DNA from: Fastidiosibacter lacustris
Lineage (GTDB): Bacteria; Pseudomonadota; Gammaproteobacteria; Francisellales; Francisellaceae
DNA: 30,518 bases
Direction: 5' to 3'
NCBI RefSeq assembly: GCF_003428155.1
Contig: NZ_QLIR01000020.1
Location: 1 to 30,518, forward strand
In this document: piece by piece, positions 21,669 through 30,445 of the stretch
Layout: each line of letters starts with the position of its first letter
Numbering within the stretch: the stretch's first letter is position 1
Position numbers and translations under genes: made by a program
The notes under the pieces: generated by a model
Told to the model about the DNA's origin: nothing
Database searches by the model: none
The model's input: the letters and a program-made list of their open reading frames with translations, nothing else

Positions 21669-21697
21669 TTGACATATCAGCCAAATCAGTTCAAAAT
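21669..21697 (+). promoter_or_regulatory. Candidate rpsT promoter: TTGACA (21669-21674), 17-bp spacer, CAAAAT (21692-21697)
   Basis: Consensus -35 and optimal spacing with a weak -10, upstream of rpsT. Confidence 0.35.
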
Positions 21698-21814
21698 GTG
21701 CTGCATTTTAAAATTTGACAGTCATTCCTATCCCAGAAAAGCGTGTCCATTTCTTGGTTTAGCGAACTGTAACCTAAAGAATTTAAGAAATAAAAAATAA
21801 GCTGGAGAACAACA

Positions 21815-22087
21815 TTGGCTAATACTAAACAGGCTAAAAAGCGTATAAGACAAGCGGAAAAAAACCGTCAACATAACATGGCTCGTCGCTCAATGATGAG
21901 AACGTTTATGAAGAAAACCATTAAAGCAATTGAAGCACAAGATCTTTCTTTGGCGAAAGAATGCTTTGCTAAGCTTCAACCTGTACTAGATCGTTATGCG
22001 ACAAAAGGTCTTATTCACAAGAACAAAGCGGCACGTCATAAAAGTCGTATCCATGCCAAAATAAAGGCTTTGTCACTTGCTGCTTAA
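21815..22087 (+). CDS. rpsT: 30S ribosomal protein S20; TTG start codon
   Basis: [43 protein letters not shown] is characteristic of S20. Start codon is ttg at 21815-21817, with GGAG upstream. Confidence 0.96.
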   Translation: MANTKQAKKRIRQAEKNRQHNMARRSMMRTFMKKTIKAIEAQDLSLAKECFAKLQPVLDRYATKGLIHKNKAARHKSRIHAKIKALSLAA

Positions 22088-22121
22088 TAAAAATTTGCTC
22101 CTCAAGATTTAAATTAAGCCT

Positions 22122-22150
22122 AAAAGCTCCTATCATGGGGCTTTTTTTTT
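22122..22150 (+). terminator. Rho-independent terminator downstream of rpsT
   Basis: aaaagctcc-tatcat-ggggctttt stem-loop (one wobble pair) running into a T-tract. Confidence 0.85.
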
Positions 22151-22222
22151 AAAATAAAATATAAGGTCTTTTATTGCAAAATAATTTGGTGATCAGCACC
22201 TATAACCTCATAAGGATGTAAC

Positions 22223-23245
22223 ATGTACTCACTAAAAAAAATTGCCCAAATTCTAGGCGGACATGTACACGGTGATGAAGCCATTACTGTATCTCGCCTT
22301 GCAACGCTCAAAAATGCACAACCTGGTCAGCTTTCTTTTCTTGCTAATAGCAAATACCTTTGTGAATTAAAAACTACCCAGGCCTCTGCAGTTTTACTCA
22401 CTAAGGAAGCACTAGCACTTTGCCCAACTAATGCTGTCGTGCTTGATAACCCTTACCTTGCATTTGCAAAAGTAGCACAGTTATTTGATAAAGCTCCAAA
22501 GGCGCAACCTGGTATCCACTTATCCGCAGTGATTGCAAAAACAGCGATCATCGCAAATAATGTAAGTATTGGTGCAAACGTTTTGATTGGTGAGCATGTC
22601 GTGATTGCTGATGGAGCTATCATTGGTGCGAATTGTGTTGTTTTAGACAATTCTAGCATTGGTAAATACACCGAAATTAAACCAAACGTTACTATTTATC
22701 ACGGCGTTGAGATAGGTGAAAAGTGTATTATTCATGCTAATTCTGTCATCGGTTCCGATGGCTTTGGTAACGCTAAAGATGAACAAGGCAACTGGGTCAA
22801 AATTCCTCAAATTGGTGGGGTCACCATTGGAAATAATGTAGAGATAGGCGCCAGTACTTCAATTGATCGTGGTGCGATAGATGACACGTTTATTGGCGAT
22901 GGTGTTAAAATCGATAACCAGATTCAAATTGCGCACAACGTTGTCATTGGGGAAAATACAGCGATTGCAGGTTCATCGGGTATAGCAGGTTCTGTCACCA
23001 TCGGCAAAAACTGTCTCATTGGCGGACAAGTTGGCATCAGTGGTCATTTGTCAATTTGTGATGATGTGATGCTTGCTGCTGCATCTAACGTTAGTAAAAG
23101 TATTGATACACCGGGCTTTTACACAGCAGCCTTCAATGCACGACCACACATGGAATGGAAACGTACCAGCGCACGCATTTTTAGGCTAGATAAACTTGAG
23201 AGTCGTGTTAAAATGCTCGAGAAAAAATTGCAAGACGACAAATAA
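22223..23245 (+). CDS. lpxD: UDP-3-O-(3-hydroxymyristoyl)glucosamine N-acyltransferase
   Basis: Left-handed beta-helix hexapeptide repeats; [67 protein letters not shown]. Confidence 0.96.
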   Translation: MYSLKKIAQILGGHVHGDEAITVSRLATLKNAQPGQLSFLANSKYLCELKTTQASAVLLTKEALALCPTNAVVLDNPYLAFAKVAQLFDKAPKAQPGIHLSAVIAKTAIIANNVSIGANVLIGEHVVIADGAIIGANCVVLDNSSIGKYTEIKPNVTIYHGVEIGEKCIIHANSVIGSDGFGNAKDEQGNWVKIPQIGGVTIGNNVEIGASTSIDRGAIDDTFIGDGVKIDNQIQIAHNVVIGENTAIAGSSGIAGSVTIGKNCLIGGQVGISGHLSICDDVMLAAASNVSKSIDTPGFYTAAFNARPHMEWKRTSARIFRLDKLESRVKMLEKKLQDDK

Positions 23246-23267
23246 AAAACTTTAAGGCACCTCACTC

Positions 23268-23720
23268 ATGCAGCTTAATATTCAACAAATTAAAGAAATT
23301 TTACCCCACCGATATCCCTTTTTATTAGTCGATAAAATCATCGATATGGATATTGGCACAGGTACTGTTGTAGCACAAAAGAACGTCACTGCAAACGAAG
23401 AGTTCTTTAATGGTCATTTTCCAAATCAACCTATTATGCCAGGCGTACTAATTGTTGAAGCAATGGCACAAGCGATTGGTATTTTAGGTGTTAAAATGAT
23501 GGTATCCAACCAAGAGCAACTTGACCATAAAAAGCTATTTGTTCTTGCTGGAATTGATAACGTTCGGATTAAGCGTCCTGTGGTGCCAGGAGACGTATTA
23601 AAACTTCATGCTTCTATAGGTAAAATTAAACGTGGCATGTGTAAAAGCCATGCCGAAGCTTATGTAGATAATGAACTTGTTGCTAGCGCTGATTTTATTG
23701 CTGCCTATAGGGAAGTGTGA
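23268..23720 (+). CDS. fabZ: 3-hydroxyacyl-[acyl-carrier-protein] dehydratase
   Basis: ILPHRYPFLLVDKIIDMD, NEEFFNGHFPNQPIMPGVLIVEAMAQ. Confidence 0.96.
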   Translation: MQLNIQQIKEILPHRYPFLLVDKIIDMDIGTGTVVAQKNVTANEEFFNGHFPNQPIMPGVLIVEAMAQAIGILGVKMMVSNQEQLDHKKLFVLAGIDNVRIKRPVVPGDVLKLHASIGKIKRGMCKSHAEAYVDNELVASADFIAAYREV

Positions 23721-24493
23721 AAGTGATCGACTCAAGAGCAGTTATTCATGAAACGGCAGAAATTGCCGAGAATGTCACCATTGGTCCTTATGCCATCATT
23801 GGTGAAAATGCCAAAATTGGAGAAGGGTGTAACATTTCTGCTCATGCAGTTATTGGTAAAAATGCCATTGTTGGCAAAAACAATCGCATATTTCAATTTG
23901 CCTCAGTTGGAGAAGAGCCAATCGACCATAGTTTTCATGGCGAATTTTCACAACTGATCTTAGGTGATAATAACATCATTCGAGAATGTGCAACCATCCA
24001 CGCAGGTACTGCCAAAGAAGATGGAACTACCCGAATTGGTAACAACAACCTCATCATGAACTATGTCCACATTGGTCATGACTGTCAAGTTGGGAACAAG
24101 GTCACCTTGGTTAATAATGCTGCTCTTGCTGGACATGTTCGTGTGGATGATTTTGCCACTATCGGCGTCAATAGTGGGGTCCATCAATTTTGCCGAATAG
24201 GTGCTTACTCTTTTATTGCACATATGGCACTTATTACTCAAGATGTGCCTCCTTACCTCATGGTTGCTTCCTCTCCAACTTCTCCTTGCGGCATTAATAT
24301 AGAAGGGCTTAAGCGGGCCAAGTTTTCTACACAAGAGATCCGAGCCATCCGAGAGGCTTATAAAATAATTTATCGCCAAGGTTTACGACTAGTTGACGCC
24401 ATTGAAAAACTTAAAGTGATGCAAAAAGAAATATCTGCCATTGAACGTTTTGTTACTCTATTAGAAAACTCAAAACGTGGAATTATCCGTTAA
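23717..24493 (+). CDS. lpxA: UDP-N-acetylglucosamine acyltransferase; GTG start overlapping fabZ by GTGA
   Basis: Hexapeptide repeats; IFQFASVGEEPIDHSFHGE, NYVHIGHDCQVG, NSGVHQFCRIG, INIEGLKRAKFS. Confidence 0.95.
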   Translation: MKVIDSRAVIHETAEIAENVTIGPYAIIGENAKIGEGCNISAHAVIGKNAIVGKNNRIFQFASVGEEPIDHSFHGEFSQLILGDNNIIRECATIHAGTAKEDGTTRIGNNNLIMNYVHIGHDCQVGNKVTLVNNAALAGHVRVDDFATIGVNSGVHQFCRIGAYSFIAHMALITQDVPPYLMVASSPTSPCGINIEGLKRAKFSTQEIRAIREAYKIIYRQGLRLVDAIEKLKVMQKEISAIERFVTLLENSKRGIIR

Positions 24494-25623
24494 TGAGAAT
24501 CATGCTCGTAGCAGGTGAGCTCTCAGGGGATCAACTAGGAGCAGGTGTCGTACGTCTATTAAGACAACATTATCCAAATGCAATTATTGAAGGCATTGGT
24601 GGCACTCAAATGCTTGGGGCTGGGCTAAACGGTCTATATCCTATTGAAATTTTATCGGTTATGGGTATTATCGAAGTCATTAAACATTTGCCTTCAATTT
24701 TGAAAGTTCGCCGTGGAATATTACAGCATTGTAAAAAGAACCCTCCTGACATTTATATTGGCATTGACGCACCTGATTTTAACTTACCTATTGAAGCAAA
24801 ACTCAAGGTTTTAGGTGTCAAAACGGCTCACTATGTTAGTCCTTCTGTTTGGGCATGGCGTGAAAATCGTATCAAGAAAATTAAAAAAGCGACTGACATT
24901 GTATTTGCAATTTTACCATTTGAAGAAACCTTTTATCAGAAGCACCAGCATAAAGCCATTTTTGTCGGACATCCTTTAGCCAATAAAATCCTTCTCACAG
25001 AAGATACACAAAGCGCACGAACCTATCTTGACATTACAAGCGAACACAAAATTATCGCTCTTTTACCAGGTAGTCGCATCCAAGAGCTTATAAGAATTCT
25101 ACCTATTTTCTTAGAAACATTATCCAAAATTAAACAAAAAGGATATCAATTTAATGCTTTACTCCCAGTTGCTAAAAAAAGTCTTTATACGGAACTAGAC
25201 AGATATAAAGAACAATTTGATGTGCTAAACATAAGACTCATTGATGGTCAGGCACACCGCGTTTTGCAAGCTTGTGATTTTAGCTTAGTAGCTTCAGGTA
25301 CCGCTACACTTGAAACGATGCTCTATAAAAAACCAATGGTTATTGGCTATAAAGTATCAAATATTACAGCTACTATTGTAAAGCATATGCTTAAAACGCC
25401 ATTTTTTGGCTTACCAAACATCCTAGCCAATGAAGAAGTTGTTCCTGAATTTATTCAGCAAAATTTCACCTCTGAAAATTGTGCTGGTGCTTTACAGCGC
25501 TATTTTGACGATGAGCATAAAGTCAATACAATCAAACAGCGGTTTACTGAACTTCATAAACTACTCATCCAAGATGCAGATTCAAAAGTAACTATTGAGA
25601 TTATAAAATTATTAAATTCCTAG
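24493..25623 (+). CDS. lpxB: Lipid-A-disaccharide synthase; start overlaps the lpxA stop (TAATG)
   Basis: MLVAGELSGDQLGAGVVRLL, GIGGTQMLGAG, YVSPSVWAWRENRIKKIKK, FVGHPLANK, ALLPGSRIQELIRILP. Confidence 0.96.
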   Translation: MRIMLVAGELSGDQLGAGVVRLLRQHYPNAIIEGIGGTQMLGAGLNGLYPIEILSVMGIIEVIKHLPSILKVRRGILQHCKKNPPDIYIGIDAPDFNLPIEAKLKVLGVKTAHYVSPSVWAWRENRIKKIKKATDIVFAILPFEETFYQKHQHKAIFVGHPLANKILLTEDTQSARTYLDITSEHKIIALLPGSRIQELIRILPIFLETLSKIKQKGYQFNALLPVAKKSLYTELDRYKEQFDVLNIRLIDGQAHRVLQACDFSLVASGTATLETMLYKKPMVIGYKVSNITATIVKHMLKTPFFGLPNILANEEVVPEFIQQNFTSENCAGALQRYFDDEHKVNTIKQRFTELHKLLIQDADSKVTIEIIKLLNS

Positions 25624-25696
25624 CGCTTTTGCCTTTTTAATTGAGCATTGATTGATTAGAATAAACTATCGTTGAAGATTGACCTATTAAAATAAA

Positions 25697-26449
25697 ATGA
25701 CCAAAGTCCAACTCATACTCCTTCTTAGCATCATCATCGTTATCCTGTTACTTATTGACACATTTAGACGAAGTAAGCGTAAAAGATATAAACGTGAAAT
25801 GGCTGAGCTTACAGCTATACAAGAACAAGAAAAAACTGCCAAAGTAACCACTAAAGAAAAACATAAACAATCAACCAAACTTCATCAAAATCCCAAACAA
25901 GGTACTGCCGTTACAAAGGTTGAGTTAGAAGAAGACATCAAAGTCGATCCTAAATCTCCCTTAATCATCAGTGATTTTGAACAAATACAAACAACCTATC
26001 CTAAGCTTGAGAAAGGCATTGCTGTTTACTATATCAGTGCACCACGAGGTTATATTTTTAATGGCGAAGACTTAGCTTGGCTTTTCACCCAAAATGGACT
26101 CATATTTAACTCAGAACTTAAACGCTTTGAATTATTGACTGAAGATAAAGACGTGCTGTTTTTCATAGAGGCAGATGAAGAAACCCATGGTTTTGATCTA
26201 ACAAACTATAAAACAACCGATTACACTTGTCTTTTATGTGCCTCAAACTTATTAGAATTATCGCAATACTACGATGTTCCTATGTGCTTTGAGTATTTTA
26301 GCAATAGCATTAATCAGATAAATCAACGTCTAGGTGGTACCTTACTAAATGAACACAAACGCCGTTTTACCAGCCATGATGAAAGCGGATATAAAAGCCA
26401 TTTAAAAAATTTAAAGGTAACTGATCAAGTTACAAAGGATTCACAATAA
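25697..26449 (+). CDS. ZipA-like cell division protein
   Basis: N-terminal TM anchor, charged linker and a C-terminal domain with the ZipA layout (IAVYYISAPRGYIFNGEDLAWLFTQNGLIF ... INQRLGGTLLNEHKRRFT). Weak sequence-level match. Confidence 0.55.
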   Translation: MTKVQLILLLSIIIVILLLIDTFRRSKRKRYKREMAELTAIQEQEKTAKVTTKEKHKQSTKLHQNPKQGTAVTKVELEEDIKVDPKSPLIISDFEQIQTTYPKLEKGIAVYYISAPRGYIFNGEDLAWLFTQNGLIFNSELKRFELLTEDKDVLFFIEADEETHGFDLTNYKTTDYTCLLCASNLLELSQYYDVPMCFEYFSNSINQINQRLGGTLLNEHKRRFTSHDESGYKSHLKNLKVTDQVTKDSQ

Positions 26450-26475
26450 AAGTAAAATACCTAGCTTAATATGAT

Positions 26476-27198
26476 TTATAATCCACAACCATAATCCCAG
26501 CTACAGGTTTTGGCGAATTCATCGTAGTAATTATTGTTTTTTTCAAGGTTTTTAAGATAGTTTCTAAAATTTTGTTGAAACATCGTCTGCTTGAGTCTAG
26601 TTTCTAAATCGATAACCCTTGCAGTATCTATATCACTTAATGTCATAATATCCCGTTTAGTGAAATGAATACATGGCTGACATTCTAATGAACGATGCTT
26701 AAGTGGAGTTTGAAAGGGTGTTTTTGCAATGAGCTGATCACGCTGTTCTTCAGTCACATTTGCCAATAAATACTGTACTTGACGACTGTCATAACGATCA
26801 GATTCTTTGACTCTATCTGGTAAATCTGCTTGAACTTTACTCATGCTACGACGATTTGCCAATAAAATAATCGCATCTAACGTCTCATCGTGTTCTTCTA
26901 ACCAATTTAATATTGTAATACCTTTTAAAAACCCAGCACACCAGTGAAATTGTTGTGACGGAAATTGTCTACGCGTTTCAACCAATTTACTAAAGCCATG
27001 CTCTGCTTTAAGCTTATGATGACTAAACCCTAAAGAAGTTATCCAAGCACTTGCTTTTTCAACGCGCGCTTGCCAACTTTGTGCCTGCCAAGCTGTATCA
27101 ACTGACAATACTACAACGTCCTTAAACTTTAACTCATAGATTTTTTGAATTAAGGCTATGCTATCATCACCAAAGTTCGCAATAATGCAATACATCAT
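26476..27198 (-). CDS. PAPS-reductase-like/adenine nucleotide alpha hydrolase (PP-loop) family protein of unknown function
   Basis: IIANFGDDSIALIQKIYE in the PP-loop position, VVLSVDTAWQ, FHWCAGFLKGITILNWL, RSLECQPCIHFTKRD (CxxC). Start overlaps the trpS stop by 1 nt. Confidence 0.6.
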   Translation of the reverse strand: MMYCIIANFGDDSIALIQKIYELKFKDVVVLSVDTAWQAQSWQARVEKASAWITSLGFSHHKLKAEHGFSKLVETRRQFPSQQFHWCAGFLKGITILNWLEEHDETLDAIILLANRRSMSKVQADLPDRVKESDRYDSRQVQYLLANVTEEQRDQLIAKTPFQTPLKHRSLECQPCIHFTKRDIMTLSDIDTARVIDLETRLKQTMFQQNFRNYLKNLEKNNNYYDEFAKTCSWDYGCGL

Positions 27199-28220
27199 TA
27201 AAGACCGCTTTGTTGTTTAAGCTTATTCAACAATGCTTTTGCTTGCAGTCTTGCTTTTTGTGCACCCAACTTAAGATGCTCATCAATAATTTTTTTATTT
27301 GCAAGTAGATATTCATATTTTTCGCGCATAGGAGTAAGCACTTCATCCATTTTCTCAAATAACAGCTGTTTAGCTTCACCCCAACTAATGCCTTCATGAT
27401 AACGTTTTGCTAAAACGACAATTTCAGCTTCAGTTGCAAAATGGCGATATAGTGAGAATATCGTACAATTTTCTGTTGATTTCGGTTCTTCTGGTAATTG
27501 AGAATTGGTAATGACCTTCATCACTAATTTTCTAAGCTGTTTAGTTGTTGCAAAAAGCGGAATCGTATTATTATAACTTTTAGACATCTTGCGTCCATCT
27601 AAGCCTGGAATCGTTTGCGTTGATTCATCAAACATTGCCTCAGGTGCTTTAAGTAAATTACATTTATAGATATGATTAAAACGATTAGCAATATCACGCG
27701 CAATTTCAATATGCTGAATCTGATCTTTGCCAACTGGAACCAAATCAGCATTAAACATGATAATATCAGCAGCCATCAACATTGGATAATTAAAAAGCCC
27801 CATTGTAATCCCTGCATCATTATCTTTTTCACCATCTGCAATATTTCTATCTACCGCTGCTTTGTAAGCATGCGCACGATTTAACAGACCTTTTGCCGTC
27901 ACTGAAGTCAAAATCCAATTAAGCTCCATAATCTCAGGAATATCAGACTGGCGATAAAACATAACTTTCTCTGGATCAAGCCCTAATGCAAGCCATGTTG
28001 CGGCAATTTGATAAATATATTGCTCACGCAATTTTTTATCCCAAAGTTTAATAAGAGAATGGTAGTCTGCAATAAAGAAGTAGGCGTTAAAGTCTGGGTT
28101 TTTTGCCATTTCAAGTGCTGGTTTAATTGCACCAATATAGTTGCCCATGTGTGGCGTTCCAGAGGGTGTAATTCCAGTAAGCACAATTTTTCTATCTGCT
28201 TGTTTTATATTTTGCTGCAT
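27198..28220 (-). CDS. trpS: Tryptophan--tRNA ligase
   Basis: TGITPSGTPHMGNYIGAIKP (HIGH-like), FNYPMLMAADI, PVGKDQIQHIEIARDIANRFN, GLDGRKMSKSYNN (KMSKS). Confidence 0.96.
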   Translation of the reverse strand: MQQNIKQADRKIVLTGITPSGTPHMGNYIGAIKPALEMAKNPDFNAYFFIADYHSLIKLWDKKLREQYIYQIAATWLALGLDPEKVMFYRQSDIPEIMELNWILTSVTAKGLLNRAHAYKAAVDRNIADGEKDNDAGITMGLFNYPMLMAADIIMFNADLVPVGKDQIQHIEIARDIANRFNHIYKCNLLKAPEAMFDESTQTIPGLDGRKMSKSYNNTIPLFATTKQLRKLVMKVITNSQLPEEPKSTENCTIFSLYRHFATEAEIVVLAKRYHEGISWGEAKQLLFEKMDEVLTPMREKYEYLLANKKIIDEHLKLGAQKARLQAKALLNKLKQQSGL

Positions 28221-28357
28221 GATGAATTAGTTATAATTTTAAGAGAGCTATAAGTTTAACAGAAAGCATATATAAGCGTAAATCTTAAATACTTATCTAC
28301 TTGATCAATAGCTTTTGACTATACTAACAGCGAATTCACAATAAAGGAGTATCAAAC

Positions 28358-28516
28358 ATGCCAGGAATTCTAATTACATTTATCTTACTGCTTATCAGCG
28401 TGATAAGCTCGTGGTTTTATCGTAAACTCAGCATAATTTTATTTTGTCTGACGCTAATTTTCATGGGGTTTGTATTCTTACATCACGCTACCGACAACCT
28501 TGGACTATATTTTTAA
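28358..28516 (+). CDS. Small DUF5993-like membrane protein upstream of dsbB (52 aa, not in the supplied ORF track)
   Basis: MPGILITFILLLISVISSWFYRKLSIILFCLTLIFMGFVFLHHATDNLGLYF*; two hydrophobic segments and the LHHATDxLxLxF tail recalled from DUF5993. AAAGGAG lies 8 nt upstream of the ATG, and the stop is 10 nt before dsbB. Confidence 0.75.
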   Translation: MPGILITFILLLISVISSWFYRKLSIILFCLTLIFMGFVFLHHATDNLGLYF

Positions 28517-28526
28517 GGAGAAAACC

Positions 28527-29108
28527 ATGCAACGTTCACAAATCAATAATGTTGTTAAATGCTTTAACGCCATTGAAATACTAGGAGTTACATTTATTAT
28601 TGCTATTGCATTTGCGTTTCAATTTATTTTTAGAGAACTGCCTTGCCCACTTTGTTTATTGCAACGCCTTGGACTATTAGGAATTGCCTTTGGCTTTCTT
28701 TTAAATGTCCGTTATCATGTACGCCCTGCTCATTATAGCCTGTCTTTATTATCGGCTGTCCTGACTTCTTTTGTCGCATTGCGCCAAATTGCATTACACA
28801 TCACTGATCCTGATGGCTATGGTTCTGCTATCTTAGGAATTCATATGTATACATGGGTATTCATATTTTGTATTGTTGCTATTATTTACATCGGACTTAT
28901 TATGACCATCACCCAGCAATATGAAATTGAACAGGATAAAAAAGAAATTGCTGAAGCTAGAGGCAAAAAAATTCGCATTTTTAGCCACATTGCTTTCATT
29001 ATCTTTGTATTGATCATTGCTGCCAACATCATTTCAACATTAACTGAATGCGGTTTGTCCGAGTGTCCAGATAATCCTGTATCCTATATTTTGCTCTCAA
29101 AAGTATAA
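28527..29108 (+). CDS. dsbB: Disulfide bond formation protein B (DsbB family); start ATG at 28527 with AAGGAG upstream
   Basis: Four predicted TM segments, CPLCLLQRLGLLGIAFGFLLN (redox CPLC motif), and a second Cys pair CGLSEC near the C-terminus. Confidence 0.85.
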   Translation: MQRSQINNVVKCFNAIEILGVTFIIAIAFAFQFIFRELPCPLCLLQRLGLLGIAFGFLLNVRYHVRPAHYSLSLLSAVLTSFVALRQIALHITDPDGYGSAILGIHMYTWVFIFCIVAIIYIGLIMTITQQYEIEQDKKEIAEARGKKIRIFSHIAFIIFVLIIAANIISTLTECGLSECPDNPVSYILLSKV

Positions 29109-29136
29109 CTTGACTTGTAGCCAAGTAATGGGTCTT

Positions 29137-29463
29137 TCAATTTCTGATGCTCTTCACCTGCTTATGCTTAGGGTAGCCGATGAACACCGTTTGCTTTTGT
29201 TGATGATTTCCTTTGTTTTTAATGAATACCCAAAACAAAGCATTTGTTTCATCTTCACTCAACGTACTTCTCACCTGAATGTAGATAGTCTTTTCACTCT
29301 GAGGTACAGGATCAAGAAATATTGTATCGGACATTTTTGAGTTTACTTCAAGATTGCGATGTTTAATTGCCGTACCAATCGCAGCACAGCCTGAAAGCGC
29401 TAACAATGATGCTGCCATTGATGCAGTTATTGATAATTTTAGGATTTTTCCTTTTTCTTTCAT
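29137..29463 (-). pseudogene. Truncated TraT-like (complement resistance) lipoprotein
   Basis: Lipobox LALSGCAAIGTAIKHRNLEVNSKMSDTIFLDPVPQSEKTIYIQV closely matches the TraT N-terminus ([32 protein letters not shown]...TVFLQIKNT). The ORF ends at 108 aa with a dissimilar tail; TraT is about 240 aa. Confidence 0.7.
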
Positions 29464-29504
29464 GTTTTTTCCTTATTGGTTGGTTGAGAAATGTATACAA
29501 AAAC

Positions 29505-29533
29505 TTGCTAGTATCTCAATTGAGATATATAAT
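29505..29533 (+). promoter_or_regulatory. Predicted promoter of the toxin-antitoxin locus: TTGCTA (29505-29510), 17-bp spacer, TATAAT (29528-29533)
   Basis: Consensus -10 with exact 17-bp spacing, 30 bp upstream of the antitoxin ATG. Confidence 0.65.
29513..29526. promoter_or_regulatory. Perfect 14-bp palindrome ATCTCAATTGAGAT in the promoter spacer; candidate antitoxin operator
   Basis: Self-complementary over 14 nt. A further ATTGAGAT copy lies at 29550-29557, between the promoter and the antitoxin start. Confidence 0.6.
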
Positions 29534-29563
29534 AAGATGACACTGCTAAATTGAGATGTTTCT

Positions 29564-29857
29564 ATGGCTAATACTTCGATGCTCCACGTTCGAGTTGATA
29601 ATGAACTTAAAGCGGATGCAGCAAAAAAACTCGCTAATCTTGGTTTAACCGTTTCTGATGCGGTGCGTATTTTACTCACACGCATTACGAAAGAAGGAGG
29701 CATGCCAGCAGGGCTAACAATGGAACCGAAGGAGTATGACGCTTGGTTTCGTACTAAAGTTAAAGAGGCATTAACTGATCCAAATCATGTAATTTCTCAT
29801 CAAGAAATTATGGATGAGGCTCAAACTTTGATTGATAAAAAACGCCGCCATGTCTGA
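29564..29857 (+). CDS. Type II toxin-antitoxin antitoxin, RelB/DinJ family
   Basis: NTSMLHVRVDNELKADAAKKLANLGLTVSDAVRILLTRITKEGGMP is the DinJ/RelB ribbon-helix-helix pattern. Confidence 0.92.
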   Translation: MANTSMLHVRVDNELKADAAKKLANLGLTVSDAVRILLTRITKEGGMPAGLTMEPKEYDAWFRTKVKEALTDPNHVISHQEIMDEAQTLIDKKRRHV

Positions 29858-30137
29858 GGTAAAATGGTCAACCCATGCACGTACCGATCTCTTGGCAATA
29901 GTGGACTATATTTCAGACGATAATCCAGATGCTGCATAACGTTTGAAAGACGACATTGAGTTAAAGGTAATAAGATTGCTGGATTTTCCGAAAATGGGAC
30001 GATCTGGACGAGTAAAGGGAACCAGAGAGCTGGTTACATGGGCAAACTATATTATTGTTTATCAAGAGAATGACAATACTGTAAGAATACTTCGTATATT
30101 ACACGCAGCACAGCAATGGTCTGAAATTAAGATTTGA
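29850..30137 (+). pseudogene. RelE/ParE family toxin interrupted by an in-frame TAA (29937-29939)
   Basis: Same frame on both sides: MSEVKWSTHARTDLLAIVDYISDDNPDAA*RLKDDIELKVIRLLDFPKMGRSGRVKGTRELVTWANYIIVYQENDNTVRILRILHAAQQWSEIKI. This is a full-length RelE/ParE layout apart from the stop; the start overlaps the antitoxin by 8 bp. Confidence 0.88.
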
Positions 30138-30205
30138 TTGTGTTTTACCCCATTTTACGTTAGGTTGCTCAAAGAGCAAAAGTTAATAAAAACAAGGACA
30201 ATGCT

Positions 30206-30415
30206 ATGAATGATAAGCAAAAAGAAAGACTTTTAAAAATCGCTGAAACTCACCCTGAATTGGCGAAAGAAATGATCGATATTTTCAAAACTGAAAAATC
30301 AAACAACCAAGAACCCATTGCCGTGAAAATGGTGAAGTCAGAAGAAGATAAAATAGAAATTACTGCGGAGCAGAAGAAGTATGCGATTAGGTGTATAAGT
30401 TTAGACTTGACCTGA
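30206..30415 (+). CDS. Small hypothetical protein (69 aa)
   Basis: ATG with AAGGA upstream; charged sequence MNDKQKERLLKIAETHPELAKEMIDIFKTEKSNNQ... with no family recognised. Confidence 0.4.
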   Translation: MNDKQKERLLKIAETHPELAKEMIDIFKTEKSNNQEPIAVKMVKSEEDKIEITAEQKKYAIRCISLDLT

Positions 30416-30445
30416 CAGTTGCCTATTTTTCAAACGCGATTTTTG

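Noticed and set aside
23960-24379. 139-aa minus-strand ORF in lpxA
   Set aside because: It is antisense to the hexapeptide-repeat region of lpxA, where repetitive codons produce spurious frames.
29110-29340. 76-aa plus-strand ORF overlapping the TraT-like remnant
   Set aside because: It is antisense to the TraT-like frame, which has a recognisable lipobox and signature; no RBS or family supports the plus-strand ORF.
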